Of a stretch of DNA of 64,000 bases, positions 10,187 through 20,380 are shown piece after piece. A model generated the notes under the pieces. It worked only from the letters and a program-made list of their open reading frames with translations, had not been told where the DNA came from and did no database searches. The position numbers and the translations under genes were made by a program. Each line of letters begins with the position of its first letter. Position 1 is the first letter of the stretch. This stretch comes from Candidatus Saccharimonadales bacterium (GTDB taxonomy: Bacteria > Patescibacteriota > Saccharimonadia > Saccharimonadales > DATKHC01). The stretch lies in contig DATKHC010000010.1 of NCBI GenBank assembly GCA_035510465.1, positions 22,036 through 86,035 on the forward strand, in the 5' to 3' direction.

Positions 10187-11460
10187 TTGAAGACTCTGTA
10201 ACATTTATTTGCATTCTGGCCATTTTCAACTTGGTCCGGATGATGCTATATCTTGTTGGAAGCGACGTTTATAGCTATAAAAACCTAAAGCGAAAAAGTC
10301 AGAAAAAGCATAGCTTTAGGCCAACTGTCAGTTTAGTTGTCCCATGCCACAATGAAGAAGGCTTAATTGGAACTACGCTTGATTGCCTGAGTCGAATAGA
10401 CTATCCGAGAAATAAACTCCAAGTAATTATTGCCGACGACGGTTCGACAGATTCAACTCTTAAAATAGTTAAATCCTTCATCAGAAAAAATAAAGCTGGC
10501 GTCCAAATGGAAGTCTATAGCCAAAAAAATAACCATGGCAAGGCCGAAGCATTAAATAATGCCATGAAGCGTCGTGCGACCGGTAGTTTAATCATGTGCT
10601 TGGACGCCGATTCGCTTATAGCGGCTGACGGTATTAAAAAGGCCGTTGAATATTTCCGTGACCGTAATGCTGTGGCCATGGCCAGTAACGTTAACATTAT
10701 CGAAAACGGAACTATTATAGGACTTGCCCAACGGATTGAATATCTTATCTCCTATCATATGAAAAAGGCTCAAACTATTTACAATATCGAATATATCATC
10801 GGCGGGATAGGATCTATGTTTCGCCGAAGTATCTTAGAAAAAGTTTCATATTACGATACCAACACAATGACAGAAGACATTGATCTGACAATGAAAATAA
10901 TAAGCCTCGGTAACAAGAAAAACCGAGTTGTTTATGCTGCGGACTGTATTACATTCTCCGAAGCCGTTCCTTCGTTTAAGTCATTGATCAAGCAGAGGTA
11001 TCGGTGGAAATACGGTCGTCTACAAACGTTTATTAAAAACTATCACTTATTCTTTTCGACAGATAAAAGGTACACAAAAGCGCTATCCTGGTTTATTTTG
11101 CCATATGCCATTATTCAGGAACTGCTGTTTATCTTAGAACCTCTTGTCGTAACTCTTGTAATTGGATCAGCTATTTACTTCAAGCAACCAAGGATAATTC
11201 TTTTTGCAATTGCTATTATTAGTTCTTATATATGGGTTAATATTTGGTCAACCGTTCATCTATCAATTAAAGAACGAGCCCGACTTAGTATATTTGCTCC
11301 GGCAATGTATGTAATTTTATATACCCTCTCAGTAGTTGAGTATATAGCTTTGATTCAAACAATTATTAGAATACCGTTCATTAAAGATAGTATTTCAAAC
11401 AAAAAAACATCTTGGGTTTCACCTGAGAGAAGCGGGACAGCCAAGGAGGCTTTAATATGA
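10183..11460 (+). CDS. Membrane-integrated processive family-2 glycosyltransferase (PgaC/IcaA/cellulose-synthase-like)
   Basis: VVPCHNEE, IIADDGSTDST, DxD in CLDADS, and QRYRWKYG, the QxxRW processivity motif. C-terminal TM helices. 4-bp overlaps (ATGA) with both neighbours. Confidence 0.8.
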   Translation: MIEDSVTFICILAIFNLVRMMLYLVGSDVYSYKNLKRKSQKKHSFRPTVSLVVPCHNEEGLIGTTLDCLSRIDYPRNKLQVIIADDGSTDSTLKIVKSFIRKNKAGVQMEVYSQKNNHGKAEALNNAMKRRATGSLIMCLDADSLIAADGIKKAVEYFRDRNAVAMASNVNIIENGTIIGLAQRIEYLISYHMKKAQTIYNIEYIIGGIGSMFRRSILEKVSYYDTNTMTEDIDLTMKIISLGNKKNRVVYAADCITFSEAVPSFKSLIKQRYRWKYGRLQTFIKNYHLFFSTDKRYTKALSWFILPYAIIQELLFILEPLVVTLVIGSAIYFKQPRIILFAIAIISSYIWVNIWSTVHLSIKERARLSIFAPAMYVILYTLSVVEYIALIQTIIRIPFIKDSISNKKTSWVSPERSGTAKEALI

Positions 11461-13211
11461 GATCACTTAAAAATAGAATAGCTTACGTTGTCGTGGGTTT
11501 AGTTTATGCCAGTGTATTATTTTTTATTCCAGTACCGAGCGCTAAAGCTGACTCATCCAGTAATATAGTTGCCAATGGCAACCTTGAACAGAGTAGCGGA
11601 TCACCAGCAGAGCCAGTTGACTGGTCGCCTGAAAGTTGGGGAGTAAACAGCAGCACATTTAATTATTTAACTACCGGATACAATAGCTCTAACTCCGTAC
11701 AAACAATAGTTTCAGGGTATTCTAGCGGCGATGCGAAGTGGATATTTAACCCTGTAAGTATAACCGGAGGGAATAGTCACCAATATACAGACTGGTATGA
11801 GTCAAGTGCTGTAACTAATATTTGGGCAGAGTACACATTAAATGATGGTACAACTCAGTATGTTTGGTTAGGAGCTGATCAGGCTGCTTCAAGCTGGACA
11901 GAAACATCCGAAACATTTACTGCACCCTCCAATGCAGTAAGTGTTAGCGTCCTTCATGTTATAAATGCTAATGGGCAGCTTACACTAGATGATGTTTATT
12001 TATCAGTTCCTTGTACACCTACTTACGTTAATGGATTAGCTAATGGCAGTTTTGATCAAACTTGCCCTAATAGCCCCAATGTACCGTCCGGGTGGTTTAC
12101 ACAAACCTACGGTCCGGACCCTGCAGACTATGGCTACAGCACTACTGATTACAATGGCTCACCAGCAGTTACAATTACTAATAGTTCAGCCAATGACGAA
12201 GCCGGCTGGACGACTAATATACTTTCTCCGCTAAGTAATCAACGCTACCAATTGAGTTTCTGGCAAGAAGGGACTACCTATGTCTACGCATATGTTAATG
12301 AAACTCTAACGAATGGTTCTACGCAATCTGTATCGTTAATGTCGGCACCTTCTACCGCAGGTATATTTGGTACGAATCCTCCTACTTGGTCACAGTATAC
12401 AGATGCATTCGTAACACCTACCAATCTCCAGTCGATGCAGATAGTCATTGCTACAAGTGGAGAAGGAACCTTAGCATTAGCTAACGTAACTTTAAACCTT
12501 TTGACTAACCAAAACCCAACAATATTTAATAGCGGTATGGTTAGCGTAACACTCGATGACAATTTTGTTGATCAATATACAAACGGAGTTAAAACATTAA
12601 ATGAGGATGGATTAAAGGGAACATTTTACGTAGTCGGTGGAACAATAGGTACTAAAGGTTATATGACCCGATCTCAGCTAATCCAAACTGCCAACGATGG
12701 AAACGAAATAGCATCACATCAATATCATTTATCTGATGAGGTAGAGTTAAGCACTTCAACTTTGGTTAGTGAAATAACAGGCAATATTGCCTATCTGCAA
12801 CAAATGTTGGGTTCACAATATCCAATCACAGATTTTGCTAGTCCATACGGCTCGTACACATCCTCTGACACTGATACAGTTATGCAATATGAGCAATCCG
12901 ACCGAACAACAGATGGAGAAATGAACACGAAAGCTAATCTTGACCTTAGCCAAATACATGCTCGTTTGGTATTGCCTACCACCACGCCAGCTGAAGTTGA
13001 ATCGTGGATAGCTCAAGCTCAGACGGAGCATGACTGGTTAGTACTGGTCTATCACGGCATTACTAGATCCCCACTTAACTCCGAGGAAGCTCAATATGCT
13101 ACTAAGCCAGGAAATTTTATAAAAGAAATGTCTTACTTGGAAGCTAGCGGTATTACCGTCGACCCAGTTAATCAAGCACTCACTTCGCTTGAAGCTCAAA
13201 TTAATCAATAA
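11457..13211 (+). CDS. Secreted polysaccharide deacetylase (CE4/NodB domain) with two N-terminal CBM4/9-like modules
   Basis: Signal peptide present. Two roughly 150 aa W/Y-rich repeats each begin NGNLEQ / NGSFDQ. The C-terminal CE4 motifs are VTLDDNF (TFDD-type) and SHQYH (HxxH). PgaB/IcaB-like. Confidence 0.75.
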   Translation: MRSLKNRIAYVVVGLVYASVLFFIPVPSAKADSSSNIVANGNLEQSSGSPAEPVDWSPESWGVNSSTFNYLTTGYNSSNSVQTIVSGYSSGDAKWIFNPVSITGGNSHQYTDWYESSAVTNIWAEYTLNDGTTQYVWLGADQAASSWTETSETFTAPSNAVSVSVLHVINANGQLTLDDVYLSVPCTPTYVNGLANGSFDQTCPNSPNVPSGWFTQTYGPDPADYGYSTTDYNGSPAVTITNSSANDEAGWTTNILSPLSNQRYQLSFWQEGTTYVYAYVNETLTNGSTQSVSLMSAPSTAGIFGTNPPTWSQYTDAFVTPTNLQSMQIVIATSGEGTLALANVTLNLLTNQNPTIFNSGMVSVTLDDNFVDQYTNGVKTLNEDGLKGTFYVVGGTIGTKGYMTRSQLIQTANDGNEIASHQYHLSDEVELSTSTLVSEITGNIAYLQQMLGSQYPITDFASPYGSYTSSDTDTVMQYEQSDRTTDGEMNTKANLDLSQIHARLVLPTTTPAEVESWIAQAQTEHDWLVLVYHGITRSPLNSEEAQYATKPGNFIKEMSYLEASGITVDPVNQALTSLEAQINQ

Positions 13212-13333
13212 TAATCATCGCTGTGTCACTTTGAAAATGTAGTGATATTATCTGTCGTTTTGAGTTTGAGGGATTTTGTAATATCATGCGGTTTCTAATT
13301 TATACGTAATCTTGATTCGGATAAAATGCGAAA

Positions 13334-13366
13334 CCGCTTATAGGAATCGAGTCGGAATTCCGTACC
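13334..13366 (-). repeat. Dispersed intergenic repeat, copy A (diverged; CGGAATTCCG palindrome)
   Basis: CCGCTTATAGGAATCGAGTCGGAATTCCGTACC. Reverse orientation of consensus GGTACGGAAYTCAACCTCGATTCCCAGCCAWAAGCGG. Confidence 0.5.
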
Positions 13367-13372
13367 ACTTAA

Positions 13373-13777
13373 TTGACAGTAGAACACATATGTTATAATC
13401 AATACATGAGTGATGTTTTTGAGATACAGACACCAGCAGAACCTGATGTAAGGTTTTATGAAGCTTTCAAAGCTATTGGGAGTGAACATGGCTACCAAGT
13501 AGAATGTGTAGGAGACACAATAGACGGGCAAACTATTTACCACGCCTTGATAATGACCCGTACTGAATACGACACTCTACTTGCTGAAGTCAACGAAAAA
13601 GAGCGAAGAGATTTTGAAAGTATCACTTTAATGCCAGGTGAAAGACGGGAGCCCTTCAGGCCTCACGAAGTTCTTCCATGGGAATTCTTTATTGAGCAAG
13701 AGGGTCTAGTTAGCGGATATCCAACCCGGAAGTCTGCATTACTTGCCTCACTGAAAAAAGTATTTTATCCGAATTAA
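13373..13777 (+). CDS. Hypothetical protein (possible start at internal MSDVFE)
   Basis: 134 aa ORF bracketed by repeat copies A and B. No recognisable motif. Confidence 0.45.
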   Translation: MTVEHICYNQYMSDVFEIQTPAEPDVRFYEAFKAIGSEHGYQVECVGDTIDGQTIYHALIMTRTEYDTLLAEVNEKERRDFESITLMPGERREPFRPHEVLPWEFFIEQEGLVSGYPTRKSALLASLKKVFYPN

Positions 13778-13784
13778 CGCCAAG

Positions 13785-13820
13785 CCGCTTATGGCTGGGG
13801 ATCGAGGTTCAACTCCGTAC
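13785..13820 (-). repeat. Dispersed intergenic repeat, copy B
   Basis: CCGCTTATGGCTGGGGATCGAGGTTCAACTCCGTAC, between convergent gene ends. Confidence 0.6.
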
Positions 13821-13821
13821 T

Positions 13822-14277
13822 CTATGACTGTGAATTACCAACCACAATCATTGCACAAGCGAATGCTTTTTCGTCTCGAGTTCTAACGAAAAGAGTATTC
13901 TGTGCTCTTTCTACGGGATTGTTAACTAGGTCATAGAACCCAACTCCACTAGGATTATCCTTGCCGTATCTCGTAAGCCAATCTGTCTCGTACTCATCGC
14001 CCAAAGCTTCCTCGAATTCAGATACGGCTTCATGAGGATGTTGGCCGGTATCGGGCATCATTAATAGAACGTGGCTTTCGTCTTCAATTGGCACCAAGGC
14101 TAATATTCCTTTAAGTGCTCTTGCAGAGGAATTGCCCTGGTAATCGACGATTCTAGCCCCCTCAGGAATGCTATAACTAGGGTCAACAATCGCTATGTGA
14201 TCGCCGTGCCCTGTTTCTTCTAGAGCTTTGAGCAGGACGCCGTTTATTCCTCTATCAATTCCTTTAAGTGGTGGCAT
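13822..14277 (-). CDS. RbsD/FucU-family sugar mutarotase-like protein
   Basis: 151 aa. The N-terminus GINGVLLKALEETGHGDHIAIVDPSYSIP resembles the RbsD/FucU GH(G/T)D core. Confidence 0.5.
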   Translation of the reverse strand: MPPLKGIDRGINGVLLKALEETGHGDHIAIVDPSYSIPEGARIVDYQGNSSARALKGILALVPIEDESHVLLMMPDTGQHPHEAVSEFEEALGDEYETDWLTRYGKDNPSGVGFYDLVNNPVERAQNTLFVRTRDEKAFACAMIVVGNSQS

Positions 14278-14364
14278 AATTTCTCCTTCTTAAGATATAT
14301 TTAAGACCTAACAGATAGGAATTGCAAGCTTGAGCAGTAAGTAGATTTACCAATAGATAAAGAT

Positions 14365-14399
14365 GCTTATGGCTGGGATTTGAGGTTGAATTCTGTACC
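14365..14399 (-). repeat. Dispersed intergenic repeat, copy C
   Basis: GCTTATGGCTGGGATTTGAGGTTGAATTCTGTACC. Confidence 0.6.
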
Positions 14400-14417
14400 A
14401 TTTAATCAAGAGCTTTC

Positions 14418-15344
14418 TTAAATCAAAGAACCATATATAACTATATTGTTGCTATAGTGGTGGGTTTGTTCACTAAATACCCCACCACAAGTAATCAATC
14501 TAAGACCAGCGTAGTCAACGTTCCCATATACAAGTTGGGTTGGGAAACTATTTTGCGGATACTCTCTAAGAGCATCGACTTTAAACCTGGCAGTAGTCCC
14601 ATCAGCCCTAACTACATCAATTTCATCGCCTGGCTGAAGCAACCTTAAGTCCCAAAAGACACCAATACCACCTACGTGATCTACGTGACCAACTATAACT
14701 GAAGCCCCAATTGAACCTGGAGTTGGTGAACCTGTGTACCAGCCGGTGGTTGTATAGTCACTTGGCGGAGTTAAACTCCCGTCTGGTTGCAGACCATCGG
14801 GAAATACCGAAGCGTCAACTTCAATGCTCGGAATTTGAATTTCGACTGGCGTAGAACTAGGCATCGAAAGGGGTACAGCCGGTGTAACAATAGTACTAGA
14901 TTTTATAGCACCGGTGTCTGCCGTATTAATATTTATTCGGGCTACACCATAAACACTAGGTCCAAAAACAAACATCCCCGCAACTCCGGCCATGATAATA
15001 ATTAGACTGGCTGGATTTATTTGAGAGAAGTATTTCGAATTATTAACAGATTGCTGAATTATATTGAGTCGTGATCTGCGCTTTATGCCAGAGAAAGAGA
15101 TTTCCCTAAACGGCATGAAGTACAGAGGCAAGACTATCTGAGCCAGCAGTTTCGAACGATTGTTAGGTTTAGTTCGGAAACGTCTAACCGAGACAGAAAA
15201 ACGAATCTTGGAAAACCGTACTTGCCAACGACGAGCTCGAGTGTGATCTTTCCTAGCTGAACTCCTATTAAAATAGGAAATTGACCGCTTGGCGAGCACC
15301 TTTGCTTTATCAGCGAGGGGCTTTTTGATGCCTAACACGGTCAA
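14418..15344 (-). CDS. Class F (actinobacterial-type) sortase with long basic cytoplasmic N-extension
   Basis: IQIPSIEVDASVFPDG...GWYTGSPTPGSIGASVIVGHVDH...LLQPGDEIDV...FPTQLVYGNVDYAGLRLITCGG. About 130 basic residues precede the TM. Confidence 0.7.
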   Translation of the reverse strand: MTVLGIKKPLADKAKVLAKRSISYFNRSSARKDHTRARRWQVRFSKIRFSVSVRRFRTKPNNRSKLLAQIVLPLYFMPFREISFSGIKRRSRLNIIQQSVNNSKYFSQINPASLIIIMAGVAGMFVFGPSVYGVARININTADTGAIKSSTIVTPAVPLSMPSSTPVEIQIPSIEVDASVFPDGLQPDGSLTPPSDYTTTGWYTGSPTPGSIGASVIVGHVDHVGGIGVFWDLRLLQPGDEIDVVRADGTTARFKVDALREYPQNSFPTQLVYGNVDYAGLRLITCGGVFSEQTHHYSNNIVIYGSLI

Positions 15345-15376
15345 TCTCCTTATCTAAATCTATACGAAAACCAGGG

Positions 15377-15970
15377 TTACTGGTTTTTACTCAGGCGTCG
15401 TACGCCCAAGAAAGCTATAGCAGCAGAACCGACTAGTCCGAGAGCTGCAGCAACGTCTAGAGTTTTTACACCACCGAAACCAGCGTTAACTGGACCGACA
15501 GGCGCAGCAACGGGTGCTGGGGCCGGGGCTTGGGCTGTAGCAGCTACAGGTGGAGTAGGTGTTGGGGTTGTTGTTACAGGAGGAATAACGACTGGCTGAG
15601 CACATGCTGTGGCCAGAGTTACGGTAGCAGTACGGCTACGCATTGTACTATCGCTAGGGAAGTTACCCTCAAGCATTAATGTGTCGCTACCTGCTTTTGT
15701 GCCATCAGCAACCTGAGTAAAATCCTCAGTGCTTTTTGCAGCTACAGTTGTTCCGACAGGAACAACAGCAGTGTCACTTGAACCTGTGATTGTTAGTGCT
15801 TCATTTTCGACAGAGTTATCTACAACCCATGTAATTTTAAAAGAACCATCAGTTTGACACTGTCCGGTTCCTGTTAATCCGTAAGTCCAGGCAAGAGCTG
15901 AACCACTCATAAATGCTACTGTTGCTAGGGTTGTTATTCCGCTCGCAGCTGTTAATAAAACTCGTTTCAT
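15377..15970 (-). CDS. Secreted Pro/Thr/Ala-rich surface protein with C-terminal hydrophobic anchor and RR tail (candidate sortase substrate, no canonical LPXTG)
   Basis: Signal peptide MKRVLLTAASGITTLATVAFMSGSALA. PTPTPP/APAPAP linker. C-terminus VNAGFGGVKTLDVAAALGLVGSAAIAFLGVRRLSKNQ. Lies immediately upstream of the class F sortase on the same strand. Confidence 0.6.
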   Translation of the reverse strand: MKRVLLTAASGITTLATVAFMSGSALAWTYGLTGTGQCQTDGSFKITWVVDNSVENEALTITGSSDTAVVPVGTTVAAKSTEDFTQVADGTKAGSDTLMLEGNFPSDSTMRSRTATVTLATACAQPVVIPPVTTTPTPTPPVAATAQAPAPAPVAAPVGPVNAGFGGVKTLDVAAALGLVGSAAIAFLGVRRLSKNQ

Positions 15971-16148
15971 CTGACTTCTCCCAGTTAGATTAGATTATTG
16001 CTAGTAATATTACACTTAGATTACAACTTGTCAACTATATTGTTTTATTCTTATGTTTATTGGGGTGGTAAGAAGTTATGGATTTTTAGCTATTTTAAAC
16101 TGGATTTATCCTTAATTTTTTTGCCATCTCTGTGGCAGAATAAAGAAT

Positions 16149-16499
16149 TTGTACTATACTTCTATGCTGATGGAAAAAGATTCAGATCGTGAGAGAATTC
16201 CGAAGAAGGCATTGTGGCTGACCCTAGGCACTATATGCGTAGGGTCAGCGTTTAATGATCCATTGGTTGTTTCTGCAGGGTTTATGTCTGGTGGTTACTG
16301 GATGCTGAGGTATGGGGTTCGAGTTGCAAACTCGATTGAGCGTTGGATGGATTCATTCTCCCCCCAAGAAGCTGGTTTTGAGCTTAGTCCGGAGGTAAGT
16401 GAATACTTAAAGACGTACGACGCTATTAGCCCAGAAGATAGCGATATATTATTGGCTACGGCAGAAGCAATAGTCAATAATCCTGATAAGCTAATTTAG
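16149..16499 (+). CDS. Hypothetical protein
   Basis: 116 aa ORF with no recognisable motif. Confidence 0.4.
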   Translation: MYYTSMLMEKDSDRERIPKKALWLTLGTICVGSAFNDPLVVSAGFMSGGYWMLRYGVRVANSIERWMDSFSPQEAGFELSPEVSEYLKTYDAISPEDSDILLATAEAIVNNPDKLI

Positions 16500-16531
16500 G
16501 CTTTTATAAGCTTATAGATCAACGTTTACTA

Positions 16532-17208
16532 ACCTAGGGCTGATTGTAATTTAGCTAGGTTTACTACGATAAAAGAATGGTCTTTCTGTGATAGCAAGCC
16601 TTCTTTGAAAAGAAGCTCAATCGCCCTGCTGGCGGTCTCTCGGTTCATGCTAATAGAATCAGCGATATCCTGATGGGTGATTAGGAACGTCAATGAATAC
16701 TCCTGCCCCTAGGTGTTTGCCAAACCTTTTAGCCAGGTATATTATTTCTGCAATAATTCTTTCTCTGGCTCTGGCTGATCTAAACTCTAAGGTTTGGATC
16801 CTCTGTGTATACAGAGCAATGATGTTTACGGTCTGATTTAACACTTCCTGAGCCAACCATTGATTATTCCCCGTGTCTTCGCGCAACCTATCTTTGGATG
16901 CTTTTATAACGGTAACTTGACATTGCTTGGTAAGACAAGCCTGTTATATTTGTCCCGTCTAGCGCCCAAGGAAGCGGAATAAACTCGCCTGCTTGATGGA
17001 TTAGCAAAAGGTTCCCATTTCCGTTTCGTGATACAGAATACGCTTTAACAAAACCAAGCTTTATAAGATAAACTCCATCAGGCTCTTCAAGGCCATTAAT
17101 AATAGTCTCTTCTTTAGAGAACTCCATAATTAAACCATCATTGAAATGAGATATTATGCTTTTATCTTTGGTCTCCGAAGCTAGTGCAGCCCGTAAACTA
17201 GTATCCAT
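16532..17208 (-). pseudogene. Crp/Fnr-family regulator pseudogene (two frameshifts)
   Basis: Three consecutive minus-strand segments in three different frames. The cNMP-binding domain is 17208..16888. The middle segment, 16886..16659, reads RSARARERIIAEIIYLAKRFGK. The HTH, about 16680..16532, reads ITHQDIADSISMNRETASRAIELLFKEGLL. The intact paralog at 36936..37586 aligns with them collinearly. Confidence 0.7.
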
Positions 17209-17371
17209 ATACTAAAGTACATACTCCTTACGATTTAAATAACGTGACCTTGCGCACATACATATTAAAAAAAGCCATCTACTATGAGTATGGAAAGCTT
17301 AAACAATTACGCACATCAATTGGAAGGGGGGTGTTAACTAAACTGCTAGGCTTTGTTCATAAACACAGATA

Positions 17372-17605
17372 ATGAAAGGTAAAAGAATGCCCAACTTAAT
17401 TAGTGCATCGAACAACAAACAGCAAAAACACCCAAAAGTAAGCTCAAATCAGTATTTATATGACGTCAGTGATCCAGAGGATATTAGCTCAGATCTTTCC
17501 GAAACATTTAAGGCTCAACTTGAAGAACGTGCCGATAGGTACTACATGACTATGAGACGACAATTCAGGCGGGAAGCTCAGAAACTCAGGAGAGACTACT
17601 CCTGA
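17372..17605 (+). CDS. Hypothetical small basic protein
   Basis: 77 aa. A terminator hairpin lies directly downstream. Confidence 0.35.
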   Translation: MKGKRMPNLISASNNKQQKHPKVSSNQYLYDVSDPEDISSDLSETFKAQLEERADRYYMTMRRQFRREAQKLRRDYS

Positions 17606-17616
17606 ACTATAGAAAA

Positions 17617-17643
17617 GGCCTCCAAATTATCGGAGGTCTTTTT
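17617..17643. terminator. Bidirectional rho-independent terminator (shared with atpC)
   Basis: GGCCTCC-aaattatc-GGAGGTC hairpin followed by TTTTT, with AAAA on the other side. Confidence 0.55.
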
Positions 17644-17649
17644 AATAGT

Positions 17650-18078
17650 TTATGTACGTTTTCCGTGTCTTTTTAGCTCGGCAACCCTAAGTCTCACAGC
17701 TTGACGGTCAACCATAGCTTGCGCATTCTCTAAGCTTGTCTGATCTTTAGCTTCACTCTTCAGCTTCATTGCACGCTCAAATGCCTTTTGGGCTTCAGCT
17801 TCGTTGATTTCATCTCCGTTATCGGCTTCATCAACCAAAACCTTAAGTACATTATCGGCAATGTCAATGACACCTCCGTTGGTAGCGAAGAATTCACGAG
17901 CCGAGTCCGGATCATTGCTCCTTCTTCTAACCATCACGATACCGTTATTTACGACGCTGATTAGCGGCATATGGTGCTCCAGTACGCCTATTTGACCGTC
18001 AAGCGTCGGTAAAACAACCTCATAAACATCATCGTCAAACTTACTGCCCGTTATGCTAACCAGCTGGAACCTAAACAT
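17650..18078 (-). CDS. atpC: F1 ATP synthase epsilon subunit
   Basis: 142 aa. Last gene of the operon. Epsilon-like beta-sandwich N-part plus helical C-part. Confidence 0.75.
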   Translation of the reverse strand: MFRFQLVSITGSKFDDDVYEVVLPTLDGQIGVLEHHMPLISVVNNGIVMVRRRSNDPDSAREFFATNGGVIDIADNVLKVLVDEADNGDEINEAEAQKAFERAMKLKSEAKDQTSLENAQAMVDRQAVRLRVAELKRHGKRT

Positions 18079-20375
<2,297 letters not shown>

Positions 20376-20380
20376 GTTAA

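Noticed and set aside
15998-16192. 64 aa ORF upstream of the 16149 ORF
   Set aside because: AT-rich promoter-like region, overlaps the next ORF, and has an implausible composition.
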